Positions 1 to 12,721 of a stretch of DNA of 64,000 bases are shown piece after piece. This stretch comes from Eledone cirrhosa (Eukaryota). Location of the stretch: positions 33,480,001 through 33,544,000 of the forward strand of contig OZ024740.1 in assembly GCA_964016885.1 (NCBI GenBank), written 5' to 3'. Numbering within the stretch: position 1 is the first letter of the stretch; each line of letters begins with the position of its first letter. Position numbers and translations under genes: made by a program. Under the pieces are notes generated by a model. It did no database searches. It was not told the DNA's origin and worked only from the letters and a program-made list of their open reading frames with translations.

Positions 1-1028
1 TGACCGAAATCCTACATAGTTAGTTATAAAATATCTAGGCTGATGTATGAATTGATTTGCACAGAAGAGAAAAGAAAAGGAAGGAAGGTATTGGTTGATG
101 AAGGAAGAAAAAAACAACATTTAATTATTAAATTGAGGAAACGGATAGACAAAACAAGAGTAAATTTGGATATATAGACAATAAAGAGGCATTAAAAAAT
201 GAGAATGGAAGAAAAGAATCAAAGAAATATAAGAGAAAAGAGAAAATTTAGATTTACAAAGAATGAAACATCCAAACAATAAGAATATCTAAAGAAATAT
301 GTCAAAGTAGGAAAAGAAATTAAAATTTAGATTGAACATAATAAATGCTAAAAGAAATGATAAAAATCATTTGAAAGAGGATATAAAATGTACAACAGGA
401 TGTGATGAAATCTAAAGAAGAAATGAGTTAATAATGTGTAGAGAGATTCGAAAAGTCATGAAATATTAACATAGGAGATGGAAATATATAATGTCTAGAA
501 TGGCTTAGAAGAACAAGAAACATTATCAAACAAATGGAAGAAATAAAGAAACATATGTATAAAAATAAAAACAAAAGAACTTGTTAAAATATTTGCACTT
601 ACATGATGTTCTTAGTAGAGATAGTGTAGTGTGCAACAATAGAATCAGAATCAGGATGTATAAATACAGTTGAATTTCATGATTGCATCCTGATGAAGGA
701 AAAAATAAATAAGCGCCTATCAAATCAACCACAGTACTTCACTGGTACTTTATTCTAGTGATGCCTGAAGGATGAAAGACAAAATTTATTTGAGCAGGAT
801 TTGAACTCAGAACATAAAATGTCTGTTGGTCTTCCTGGTACCATGATGAAAAACACCCACTCCACCCTGCAATGTGGTAATGATGATGCCATAAAAAAAA
901 AAAGTTTCCAATCCACCCTATAATGTGGTTGGTGTTAGGAAGGGCATCCAGAAAGAAAACAAAAACAGATCTGAGAAAGACATAGTGACCTGGCTTGTCT
1001 AGCCTTATAGCATGACAACTCTCTAACC

Positions 1029-1338
1029 CAGGGGTTCTCAAACTTTTGGGGCCACCGCCGCCTCACGGTCACGTAATACCCTCAGCACCCCCAACCCTAT
1101 TTCCAGAGAGAGACCTGCTTGCACGCAAACTGTAAATAATATATAATAAATAATATAATATATAGTATGTATAAATAAATATTATTTATTTTTTATTTTA
1201 CTATATTTATATATATGTATCATTGAATATTTAATATACTATTATATCACCTCTACTACCCCCGTAGGCCTCAGCGCCCCATTGGACCCCCCTCACCCCG
1301 GGGGGGGGGGGCAGTAGCGGCCACTTTAAGAACTTTTG
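1029..1338. mobile_element. hAT-type MITE inserted in a SINE tail
   Basis: Termini CAGGGGTTCTCAAA / TTTAAGAACTTTTG with 8-bp TSD CTCTAACC/TTCTAACC. Confidence 0.75.
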
Positions 1339-1679
1339 TTCTAACCCATGGAAACATGGAAAATAGACGGTAAACGGTGATGATGGTGGTGGTTGGAATG
1401 TGTTTAAAATACCATAGTATTTAGAACATTCAAACATCAACTGAATGAGCACTCAATACTTTTTCAAGTGTCAGTGAGAGTGAAGTTTCCGGTTTGGTCG
1501 CTTCATAATGTGGAGAGAGAGATTACGATTAATTATCTATTATTAAAAGCTATAGTAGACTACATTCACTATAGGTTCCCAAGACAGTGATGGTAACTGT
1601 GTATGACTCCTCTTGCGTAAAATACAATCCAATAAACAACATTGTGTTGTGTTGTGAAGTGAATTACTGAAATTTAAAA

Positions 1680-1754
1680 ATGGGAGAAAGACGAGAGTTC
1701 TCAAATCCTTTTCCTCCCTTCCACGGCGAATCTCTTCTTAGTCCTGAGGGAAAG
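1680..1754 (+). CDS. LANCL: LanC-like protein (LANCL1/2 family), coding exon 1 of 9
   Basis: ATG at 1680, MGERREFSNPFPPFHGESLLSPEGK, GT donor at 1755; resembles the R-x-F-x-NP N-terminus of animal LANCL1/2; phase 0 joins exon 2. Confidence 0.85.
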
Positions 1755-2024
1755 GTAAAAGTGTTTTATATATGAGAATGTTGACATTATTGAGTTAACC
1801 CATTTATTTAATGAAATGAGAAAATATATTATTGTTTTGAAAATAGTCAATTTACATTGCAATAAAATCTTATTTTTAGATTCTTAGATAATTAAAAAAA
1901 CTGTAAATAAGATGAATGTTATGAGACGATCATAACTGTAAAAATATATTTGTAATAATTTGTTCATGAATGTTATGGTACTTTGTCGGATAGATTATCG
2001 TTGTATGTATGTATGTATGTATGT

Positions 2025-2025
2025 A

Positions 2026-2084
<59 letters not shown>
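2025..2084. repeat. (TA)n microsatellite preceded by (TATG)n
   Basis: Direct reading. Confidence 0.95.
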
Positions 2085-2086
<2 letters not shown>

Positions 2087-3225
2087 ACTGATCTATAGCA
2101 GTTAGAGAACTGTGACTCTGTATCTAAAGGATTGACTCAGCGAAACACGGAATCTATCTATGGATATCACTGAATTACTTGCTAACGGATTACATTTAGT
2201 TCTAACTACAATATAGACCCTACCACGAAATCCCAGAGATGTCAACATGAATGAACCTGTTATTTTTATCTAAAGACATTTTTTCCAATTCCAACCCGCC
2301 CGTCCCCTCAATCTATCTTATTTCTCATTCTTTCTTCTGGTAAAGAACTGTTGTTATTTCTGTTTACCTTTTACTTAGTATATATATATATATTCGTTTT
2401 TGAATTTGTTTTATTGGCACCATGACCCTCCCAAAGTATAACAATATATATATATGGAAGAGGCTTATGTAGCCGGTTCCGATAAAATAAACTCCCAGGC
2501 TATGTAGCCGGTAATTGAGTCAAGACAATTTGAAATTTTTTCCACCATCACTTGTTAAAAAACAAGTTAAAAATCATTTAGTTGTCCATTCGTAACGTAC
2601 GTTACACTTTAGTTACATACACACATCTACACGTAAATACATAAACAGATACAGACAACAGAACACACACACACATCTCCTCATACATATTCATAAATAG
2701 ACGCATTATACAAAATAATGATTACACACACACACACACATATATATGTATATATAATATCCAAATGGTATAGTATTTTGACAGATACTACTATACCAAC
2801 ATTTTAACCTCGGCAGGATTTGAGTTCAAATCCCGCCGAGGTTAACTTTGTCTTTCATCCTTACGAGGTCGATAAAATAAAGTACCAGTAATGCACTGAG
2901 TAATTTTTGGCCTTGTGCCAAAAGTAGAAACAATTATTGTTGTATTTATAATATCCACAGAATAATTTTCTAATATTTTAATGTTCTTTACAAATTCTTT
3001 TTGTCTTATAAACTTATTTCTTCAAGAAACAACCAGTGGAAGAAAAGTCACATTCGTTTTAGTGTGGATTCATTTTGAACAAATTTTTTAAAGAAATTAA
3101 TTGAAAAAAATTTTTTTTTTAAATATTGTTTTTTAAATCAACAGTAATACTTCTTTCACGTTATATTTATATGAATATATTTTATTTGTATAAAAATAAC
3201 TTACAATAAATATTACTATTAGTTA

Positions 3226-3543
3226 TAATAATTGTTTCTACTTTAGGCACAAGGCCAGCATTACTGGTACTTTATTTTATCGACCCCGTAAGGATGAAAG
3301 GCAAAGTCAACCTCGGCGGGATTTGAACTCAGATCGTAAAGGGACGTAACTATGCTGGAAAGCATGGTGTCTGACCCTCTACCTATACTGCCAATCCAAT
3401 AATAATAATATTATAATATATTATTAGCTGTCGAAACTAGCGGTGATTTGGCAGTATCGGTAGAAGGTCGGACGCCATGCTTTCCAGCATAGTTACGTCC
3501 CTTTACGATCTTGGCCTTGTGCCAAACGTAGAAACAATTATTA
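3226..3543. mobile_element. Head-to-head pair of tRNA-derived SINEs (family B, Meta-domain-like)
   Basis: 3226-3399 (-) and 3441-3543 (+, internally deleted, flanked by TTATTAGCTGTCGAAAC direct repeat); B box GAGTTCAAATC and GCCTTTCATCCTTACGGGGTCGATAAAATAAAGTACCAG body; partial copies at 731-815 and 2804-2937. Confidence 0.75.
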
Positions 3544-3555
3544 GCTGTCGAAACA

Positions 3556-3755
3556 CTGCATCCTTAAAAACCTCCATGCTTCCTGAGATTCGCCAACACT
3601 ACACCTAATATTCCCCCTCCATGTATATCATGACTCATACACTATTCACTTCCCTACATTTGTATATTATTCTATGTACTATACATGCACCTTTGACGAG
3701 CTGTAGTGCACCTGAGCACTGTACACAATAATTTCATTATTATTATTATTATTGT
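3556..3755 (+). mobile_element. 3' end of a retroposon with (ATT)n tail (CR1/L2-like)
   Basis: GTAGTGCACCTGAGCACTGTACAC then (ATT)n; same end recurs twice at 29448-29658. Confidence 0.5.
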
Positions 3756-3999
3756 TGTTGTTGAATAAAATATTGTATTTGTATTAATAAATTAAAACTG
3801 AAACAATGCTTTCAACCGCATTTCAAGTGGTAGTGGTGAACAGTGGTTGTGTTGGATAGTGGAATGTGATGGTTGTGGACAGTTGTGGTAATGATGGTAG
3901 GTGGATGGTGGTGGTGGTGGAATACATAAAGAAGGCAATGATTGAATAGAGACAATATAGGATCTGAGAGGACTCTTCAGTCTGGACAATTATGTGACA

Positions 4000-4381
4000 A
4001 CTGCTCTAGTGATGGTGCCACAATAAAATGCATGCAGTACATTCTGTAAAGTGGGAATGTTGGTGCCTCAATAAAATGCACCCAGTATACTTTGTAAAGT
4101 GGTAATGCTGGTATCAATAAAATACACCCAGTATACTCTGTAAAGTGGTAGTGCTGATGACAATAAAATACACCCAGCATACTCTGTAAAGTGGTAATGC
4201 TGGTATCAATAAAGTACACCCAGTATTCCCTGTAAAATGGTTGGTGTTAGGAAGGGCAATCAGCCATAGAAAGCATATCAAAATATGGAACATATGAGCA
4301 AGACATTGTCACCTGACTAGTCAAGCTTCAGAATGTGACAACCCATCCAACCCAGCATGGAAAGTAGATGCTGATGATGAT
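4000..4381 (+). repeat. About 45-bp tandem module running into an RTE-type SINE tail
   Basis: CTGTAAAGTGGTARTGCTGGT..ATAAAATRCACCCAGTA units then GTTAGGAAGGGCA...GATGATG; similar arrays at 8660-8933, 46190-46577, 51700-52357. Confidence 0.75.
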
Positions 4382-4544
4382 TATACATCCTACAATACCA
4401 CTACACAAGTGAGTGGGATTTCACCACTCAGCAGGTGGTTGGATTTTCTCTACTACTACTACCACCACTATATAGTTGGGTGGGACTTCACTACACAGGT
4501 GGGATGTCTCCACCACTACACAGATAATTGGGTCTTCCATAGCA

Positions 4545-4892
4545 TCACACACTTCCATACCACTACACACCTCCATACTTCCATACCACCACACACCTCC
4601 ATACTTCCATACCATCACACTTCCATATCACCACACACTTCCATACCACCACCACCACACTTCCATACCACAACACACTTCCATACCACCAAACTTCCAT
4701 ACCAACACACACACTTCCATACCACCATACTTCCATACCACTACACTTCCATACCACCACACACCTCCATACCACAACCACATACTTCCATACCACAACA
4801 CACTTCCATACCACCACACACCTCCATACCACAACCACATACTTCCATACCACCACACTTCCATACCACCACAAACTTCCATACCATCACAC
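4545..4892. repeat. Low-complexity minisatellite (CACACTTCCATACCAC-like)
   Basis: Direct reading; source of several spurious ORFs. Confidence 0.9.
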
Positions 4893-5009
4893 ATTTCATT
4901 TGATTCTCTTTCAAAAAGATGTTGTGTAAAAAAGATATTTTCATAGTTTTAAAATGTTTATAAAGATGTTATTTCAAACAGCAGTTTTATTTATTCATTC
5001 TACTTTCAG

Positions 5010-5127
5010 ATTGCTGATGAATTTCATATAAAGCTTGAAAATTGCATCCAAAACCTTTTGACTCGATTAGATTATGGACTGAAAAATCAAGATAAAAATG
5101 ATTTTACTGTGTATACCGGGGTGACTG
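5010..5127 (+). CDS. LANCL: LanC-like protein exon 2
   Basis: tttcag acceptor; IADEFHIKLENCIQNLLTRLDYGLKNQDKNDFTVYTGVTG (YTGxxG motif); GT donor, phase 1. Confidence 0.9.
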
Positions 5128-5436
5128 GTCAGTATAAAGGATTTTTTTGCATTTTTGTTTTATTTATTTTGAAAGAAACATTCTTTTTTTCTATTTTGGA
5201 GATATCTTGTGAAAATGGTAATTTCAAAGCCTTAAAATGTTAATAAGGCTACTAGTTCAAACAATTTCTATAATTTTGGGAATACTTGAATGATAAAATC
5301 CAAGAAGCTTTAGTTTTCATTCAAATTTAATAAAAGAAATTTTATAGGGATAGTTTTGTTACACTTTCATCTCTATAATGTTTCTGTTATAGGGATAGTT
5401 TTGTTACACTTACACCAACTGTTGTTTCTATTATAG

Positions 5437-5653
5437 GAATAGCTTTGCTACACTTTCATCTTTATAATGCTGGGCCATCTAAAGGTGATTCAAAACATCT
5501 AAGAGATGCTGCCGAGATTCTTGAACGGCCGCTTCGTCACTTGAAAGAACACCGTTTTACATTTCTGTGTGGAGATGCTGGACCGCTAGCAATCGGCGCT
5601 GTTGTCTACAATAAACTAGGTAAACAGGCTCGTAGTGAAGAATGTCTTCGCAA
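5437..5653 (+). CDS. LANCL: LanC-like protein exon 3
   Basis: ttatag acceptor; GIALLHFHLY...TFLCGDAGPLAIGAVVY...ECLRK; gttagt donor, phase 2. Confidence 0.93.
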
Positions 5654-6162
5654 GTTAGTTGGATAATTTTATTTTTCCTTTTTCTTTATTGTTTTTTTTT
5701 TTTTTTGCTGTTCTTTTATAATACTTTTTGTATAAAGAAAACTGAGCTATGAGGGACATCATTACAAGGGTTAACCAAAGGTTTATGGTTCAAATCCCAT
5801 ATTTGTAAATAATACACATTACTTGTTTTGGTCTATTCAACAAAAAAATACATGCTAGTCAAATCTTGTAATAGAATATGTTGTGGGTACTCCAAAATAT
5901 CACTGCTACCACCACTAATATGAAAATAAATTTTAAAAATACAACCTATCAAACTCTTACTCTATTTCAGAAATCAATTTTCCTATATCCATTCAATACT
6001 TTTCTTTAATCACATTTCCTTCACTAAAGTGACCTTATAAGAATTAAATCTATACTGCAAGTACAATAAAATACTTAAAGAAATGAAAAGTTTTCACTGG
6101 CTATATAATTAGTTTATGTTTAAAAAAAAATTAATTTATGAATATTTCAAAAATAAACTATT

Positions 6163-6657
6163 CATCAACATCATCATTTTACATCCACTGTTCCAAGCTT
6201 GCATGTGTTGGACAAGTCTTTTTCATTCCAGCATCTTTCCATTTGTTATATTCCTTCATCATCTCTTCTGTGAGTTTCAGCAATTTAAGATCGGCACTCA
6301 CCAATTCTGCCCAGGTCTTCCTTGGTTTTACTCTACTGCAACTTCCTTACACAGGGATTCCTTGGCAAGTTTTCACCCAGCAATCATCATCTGTGTGCAT
6401 CAAATATCCATACCATTGCAGTCTCTTGCACACTACATCTGATTCCTCTTATATCCAGTTTCTCTCTTAGTTCATCCATGCTTTGTTGTTCTCTGAAATT
6501 AACATTGCATATCCATCAAACCATGTAGTATCACACTTCACACACAGGCATCATACAACCAATCTTTTGTTCATAGGAAGAAACCTCTTCTTGTCCACAG
6601 AGGTTGTGACTCCCTAAACTTCCATCCTGTCTTTAGTCTAGCTATTATGCTCTCAGA
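6163..6657 (-). mobile_element. Degenerate RTE LINE 3' fragment (family B-like)
   Basis: Similar to 12722-13290; (CAT)n tail on plus strand. Confidence 0.65.
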
Positions 6658-9033
6658 AAGTTCCTTAAGCTTCCAGACTCTCCTCCAGGTTTTCCTGTGT
6701 TTCCTCCTCTGCCTTGTGATTATCCTGATGTTGCTAATAACTAACTTTCTTTTTTTGTCATATATAATGTTTTTTAATGTCTATTATTATTCAATTATTC
6801 GCGACCTGAGAGTAGATGGAAAAAGTAGCCTCTCAAAGCCATTATTTATAATATTTCAAAACTATTTATAGCAATTGACTAGTTACAGTTATTTTCTACA
6901 TTTTCTAAGAATGATTTATGAATCTCAGTCATCATCGTCATCACTATTTCACCTCTAATTGTCATACTTGCATGGGTTAGATGGGTTGACATGTTATGTG
7001 GCTAGCCAGGTTAGGGGATCATGACTTGCTCATACAATCCAATTTTGTTTTTGTTTTCTATGGCTGGAGCTTTCCTTGGGACACCACCACTTCCACTGTA
7101 CAGGGTGAGCTGGGTGCTTTTTTATTTTGGTACTAGCATGACTGCCTTACAGGGTTGATCAAGTGTTTTTTGTCATGGCAACGGCATGACCACTCTACAA
7201 GGTGGACTGGGTGTTTTTTTGTTGTGGCACCAGCACTGTTGGGGAGCAGATGTGGAGCATGTCTGGCTTTTCATGTGTTCATGCATAGGTTGGATAGGAA
7301 AGGTGTAACAGGAGTGTGGAATGAGGGGGGGGGGGAGTACATCAACATAGTCTTCAGACATCTACTGCCCCAGTGATCACCTGTACCAAATGAGCTGTCA
7401 CGTTCTGAGACTAGGCTGGACAAAAGACCATGTATAGTTCATACATACCGTTTTTGTTTTGACCAGGCATTTTGTTGTAGTACAAGTTGGAATGAGTCTG
7501 ACCTTCCATGTAGGAAAGAGTGATGTAAGGGTTGTATTTTCATGAAGGGAGGGGAGGGCTGTCTTTCCATGATGGTGTGAGTTGTTGGATGTGCAATGTG
7601 GGGTGGGGATAGAGGGAGTGAGTGGGGGAGATTTAAAGTGGGATACTTAGATAATGTAGAGGGTGAGATGTATTAGGAACATTGATGCAGGCTAATGTCC
7701 TCTACATGTTTGTTACATCCTATACACATGGGGAGGCAGGTCTTCTGCAGTATAGCATATCACCAGAGATCTCAATCTTATGTCATCTTCCTTGAGACAT
7801 TTAAATGTACAAGGTTAGCTTTTATCACTTCATCCCAAGATTTCCTAGATCTTCCTTCCTCTTCCATAGTTTCCATCAACTTCAACTTCCTAATTCATAT
7901 AAACTGTTGTATCAGTATGAAAAAAAACATTATAATATTTAGATGGAATTTTTTTTAAAGTATTAGTATTGTTAATAAGAGACTGGAAAATTTGTAATTC
8001 TTATCAGCACAAATCATATTTCTCTAGTTAAACATTCTTTAAACTGAATTATATTTCTAGTAATGTAGGAAAGGTGAGGGCTGAACCCCACTATGGAGAT
8101 GACCCAGGAATGAAAAAACTGGTGAGATTCCATAATACGGGAACTCACCTTCCCACGTAAGTAGAATGAATGCAGCAGAAGCAGGATGACTAACCCACCT
8201 ATCACCCTCCACTCTAATCACTAAGAAGTAGAGAGGTGTTACAACACTCAAGTCCCATCTCCCACCTGCCAGAATACTCCTGAAGTCTCTGCCAGCATGC
8301 CCCTGATCCCCTTCTCCACCCTAACAGAGAAATGGAACAACTCTCAAGTCCTCACCTGCCAATATACTCCTGACTTCTTCACCTTCCCTGCTAAACCCTT
8401 GCACTCCCAACACTCTTCCAATCCAAGAATGCCTGGCTTACCCCCAGAAATGAAGGACCCCCCCCCCCCCCCATCCAACCACATGCCCCATGCACTATAT
8501 AAATGCCCCCCTTTTAAGCTACTATGGGAAGCTAGGCATCACCATGCGCCCCTAACCCTCTAGCTATGAAATACTGGACAGTAGCCTCAACTCCACTCCT
8601 ACCCCCCAGCATGACCATATACACTAAGCCTCCTAGTATTGTAATGAAATAGTGCTACAAAAGCATCCGGTCCACTCTGAAAGGTGGTAGCGCTGGTGCC
8701 ACAACAAAAAATACCCAGTCCACTCTGTAAGGTGGTACTGTTGGAGTCACAATAAAATGCTCCCAGTAGACTATAAAATGGTTGGTGTTAGGAAGGGCAT
8801 CTAGCCATAGAAATCAAGCCAAAATAAAGCATATGAGCAGGACTTAGTTACATGATCAGTCAGGCCTCAACTTATGACAGATGTTTAACCTATGCAAGCA
8901 TGGAAAATAGACGTTAAACAGTGATGATGATGATATGTGTTTATTTCTCTTAAACATTTTTCAAACAGAATTATAACCTAGTAATGTATGTTTATTAAAT
9001 TTTTTGTTCCTAATGAAATATTTTTACTTTTAG

Positions 9034-9175
9034 ATTGTGTAACATGCAGCCACAAGTCATACAAGATGAGTCACTACCCGATGAGGTACTTTATGGCCGT
9101 GCTGGCTATCTTTGTGCTTTACTGTTTGTCCGGCGTTATCTTGGAGATGTTATTGATCAAAGAATCATTTCACAA
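9034..9175 (+). CDS. LANCL: LanC-like protein exon 4
   Basis: ttttag acceptor; LCNMQPQVIQDESLPDEVLYGRAGYLCALLFV...IISQ; gtaag donor. Confidence 0.93.
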
Positions 9176-9480
9176 GTAAGAAATTCTTAACCTCTAAAAT
9201 TAGATTTCATATATTTTTCTTTTAATTAATCAATTAATTGCTTTCTTTGATGCTTATATTTCTTTAATTATTTTAAATACTGGGGTAAATGTTCATCTTG
9301 TGTAATACAAAAGCGTTTAGAGGGAAATATATAGATATATTAATGTATGATGTTGCTTGAAAAGATAATAGTAAGGAATTAACTGTTAAAATCTACCATA
9401 TATACTCAAATATAATCCGAGGAATATGTGACCAAAACGTCAATGGTAAAATGGGAGGTTGGTTTATATATGTCATTTAA

Positions 9481-9689
9481 CACTTTAGCATTTAAACCGG
9501 CCATATCCAGCCAGAATTCTCTCACCTTTTCTGTTCAAACCAGCCATAACTGGCCACTCATACCGACTTTAAGGTATTGTTCTCAAAATCTCATAGATTT
9601 GATATCATGTGAAATAATTGTGTAAGATAATTAATGCCTTTACCACAAAAATACACTAGTATATATAGAGTAATGTAAATGCTAAAGGG
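9481..9689. mobile_element. piggyBac-type MITE
   Basis: TTAA both sides, TIR C(A/C)CTTTAGCATTTA / TAAATGCTAAAGGG. Confidence 0.8.
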
Positions 9690-10021
9690 TTAAACAATGT
9701 CTTGATTAGCTAGCTACCTTGGTTTCTTAATGAGATTTGAATTTTCACCTGTTTTTCAGACATAAAATAAAAGGAGTCGGCTTATATTTGAATTAGCTCA
9801 TATTTGAATATATATGGTAATTGTTAATTGATAGGTAAACTCTAATTTTTAATTAACAGGCAGATATTAATTATGATAATAAATCTACTGTATGGACATC
9901 ATCATTATTACTGTTTAATGTCTGTTTTGTCTGCTAGCAATGTTGGGACAGTTTTATGGTATTGGAAAAACAGTTTTTAAAAATATTGTTCATTTCACAA
10001 ATAGTATCATTAGATTCTGTA

Positions 10022-10186
10022 GGTGGATTAGCAGTATCGGTAGAGCATCAGATGCCATGCTTTGCAGCATAGAGTTATGGCCCTTTTACATTCTGAGTTA
10101 AAATCCCACTGAGGTAAACTTTGCCTTTCCTCAAGGGGTCGATAAAATAAAGCACCAGTAATGCACTGGGGTAAGTGCTGACCTTG
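10022..10186 (+). mobile_element. tRNA-derived SINE family B
   Basis: Same body as 50783-50958; TSD ATTAGATTCTGTA. Confidence 0.8.
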
Positions 10187-10295
10187 TGCCAAAAGTAGAA
10201 ACAATTATTAGATTCTGTAAAAAATAAACAATTTAATATCATCACATTTATTTTAGTTTCTTGCTTTTCAAGAAAGTATCAGTAATAGTAATATA

Positions 10296-10990
10296 CGTTA
10301 ACGGCAAAACATAAATGAACTAAGTGAGAAATTAGGAATAAGAGGGATCAGATGCTGTTTACTTGAGAGAAGACTACGTTGGTATGGCCACGTGATGCGC
10401 ATGCAAGACGACAGCTGTATAAAAAAGTGCTGGGTGATCAAAATTGATGGTAGTTACGGAGTAGGTAGACCCAGAAAAACATGGGACGATCTGATAAATT
10501 CCGACCTTACACACTTGCACCTCTCTAAGACAATGTCACTGGATCTTTGGCGCTACGCAGTAATACAGAAGACCCCCCTTGCTTATGTACAAAGCGAAAC
10601 CTACAGTCAGTAGGCACCTCTTAACCAAATATACACCCCCATCCCACTACCCCTACCCTATCCTCCCACTCCCACCAACACCACCCTCTCTCTGTAAAGT
10701 TGGTACCACAACATCCAGTCCAAATAAATGTTGTGTAGGTGTCACGAGAAAAAAAAACACAGTCCACGCTGTAATGTGGCCATGTAGGTAACACGGTAAA
10801 AACCTCCCAGTTCCACACTGTAAATGTGGTTGGTGTTAGGAAGGGCATCCAGCCATAGAAAACCTGCCAGATAGTCCTATACAAGCGAGACATGGTCACC
10901 CGACCAACCTTGCCTCAAGTTGGACAACTCCCGTCTAACCCATGCTAGCGTGGAAAATGGACGTTAAACGAAGATGATGATGATGATGAT
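10296..10990 (+). mobile_element. RTE LINE family A 3' fragment
   Basis: RRLRWYGHVMRM...GRPRKTW, 3' UTR, (GAT)n tail. Confidence 0.9.
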
Positions 10991-11214
10991 CAGTGTGATT
11001 GGCAAGAGACTGGAACTAGAATAGTTGTAATTCATATTGCTTCATCTCCTCTCCCCCCCCCCTCCTTTTCTTCTTCTTTGCTGAAACTTTCTTTAAACTG
11101 AATTATATGTTTGTTATATTATTTATTACAAATGAAATAATTGAATAACTTGTTCTCTCTAACATTGATATATTCATATCTAACATTAATATATGTTTAT
11201 TCAACATATACTAT

Positions 11215-11553
11215 GGAGGCACATGGCTTAGTGGTTAGAGCTTTGGCCTTGCAATCGAAAGGTTGTGAGTTCAATTCTCAGACCAGGTGATGTGTTGTTT
11301 CCTTGAGCAAGACACTTTATTTCACATTGCTCCAGTTTACTCAGCTGTAGAAATGAGATGATAGGGACTGGGGTCCATATCATTCCACTGCAAAGTGGTT
11401 GTGGAGGTGCCACAGCAAAAAAGCACCCAGCACTCACTGTAAAAGAGGTTGGTGTTAGGAAGGGCATCCAGCTGTAGAAATCAAGCCAGAATCAGTTCTG
11501 TCCCACCCTTGCAAGCAGGGAAAAAGCAGACGTAAAATGAAATGATGAATGAT
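11215..11553 (+). mobile_element. CORE-type tRNA SINE (family A) with RTE-derived tail
   Basis: A box TGGCTTAGTGG, B box GAGTTCAATTC, CORE-like CCTTGAGCAAGACACTT...CAGTTTACTCAGCTGTAGAAATG, tail CCCTTGCAAGCAGGG shared with RTE family B. Confidence 0.8.
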
Positions 11554-12019
11554 ACTAGGCATCTTCTATTAAACCAGATATTTTCTAAACAAGTAATTTA
11601 AAGTAAATTTAGCCACTTTCCTCATTCTGTCACCTTCTTGCTACTACTATCTACATTATCATCCCCATTATTTTGGTCGCCTTTTATGCCATGCTGGCAT
11701 AAATTTGAAGTTTTCCTCGCAATATCTTTAAATGGGAAAAATATGATGAGTATATTAGTTTTTCTTTCTTCGTAAATTTAAAGGAAAAAATATTTATGAG
11801 TTTTCCCTGAAGCCTATGAAAAAGGCAATAATTTTTCTTATTTTTGTTCTCACTACAAAATTACTAGCACCTTGCAACTTATACCATTCAATAGATAACA
11901 AGCTTGTAAAAGATGTGAAGTTGTACGCTTGTAACATAACATACATATGCAGTATTTGAAGCTCTGATTTCAACAAATGATAAATACTTTTGGAGGACTT
12001 TTAATTATTGCATCAGGTG

Positions 12020-12240
12020 GTAAAAGTAATGTCAGAGGTTATGATATCTGTAGCTGGTGTTATGGTGATTGTCATTAAGACATCTGTAGTAGGTGTTATG
12101 GTGATAGTCATTAAGACATCTCTAGCAGTATTATGGTGAGGGTGATGGCGTTAGAGGCTAGCACATCTGTAGCTGGTGTTATGGTGAGTGTGATGGTGAT
12201 AGAGTTTAGGACTTCTGTAGCTGGTGTTATGGTGAGAGTA
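12020..12240. repeat. Degenerate tandem repeat (ACATCTGTAGCTGGTGTTATGGTGA core)
   Basis: About five imperfect units just upstream of LANCL exon 5. Confidence 0.7.
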
Positions 12241-12300
12241 ATATTGATGAAGATAGAGTTTACAACGAAAAAAACTTAAAGATTTTACGGATTTTTGTAG

Positions 12301-12441
12301 GTGTGCCATAAAATGTATAAATCAGGTCAACAGACAGCTCATCGTGAGCGCTGCAAATGTCCATTGATGTATGAATGGCATGAAAAGAAATATTTTGGAG
12401 CAGCTCATGGCCTCAGTGGAATTTTTTTCCTCCTGATGCAG
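12301..12441 (+). CDS. LANCL: LanC-like protein exon 5
   Basis: ttgtag acceptor; VCHKMYKSG...CPLMYEWHEKKYFGAAHGLSGIFFLLMQ (GAAHG His motif); gtatg donor. Confidence 0.95.
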
Positions 12442-12721
12442 GTATGTTTCTTTTGAAGAATCTTTGTACTTTTTGGTGTTATTGAAATATGAAATGAAGC
12501 ATAAATTTTTATGAAATTTAGAGTTTATTTTGTAATTGATATTATTCATGTTAACTGTGATATTACATCTAAGTGATGTATAAATCTGTTAGAATCATTA
12601 TTTTGAATGTCATTGCTATCACACAAGTTCTGAAAACATCTATATAATATTGAACTATTTTTATGAATGTATGCATGTTAATTAGTTTATGGGTTTTAAT
12701 GTGTGCGTGTGTATATATATA

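Noticed and set aside
4409-4946. His/Thr/Pro-rich and Trp/Val/Cys-rich ORFs
   Set aside because: Translations of a low-complexity repeat open in several frames
7380-8640. GC-richer coding-like blocks in LANCL intron 3
   Set aside because: No sustained frame or identifiable motif; probably old transposon debris that cannot be classified by eye
11215-11290. tRNA gene
   Set aside because: A and B boxes present but no complete cloverleaf; continues into a multi-copy SINE body
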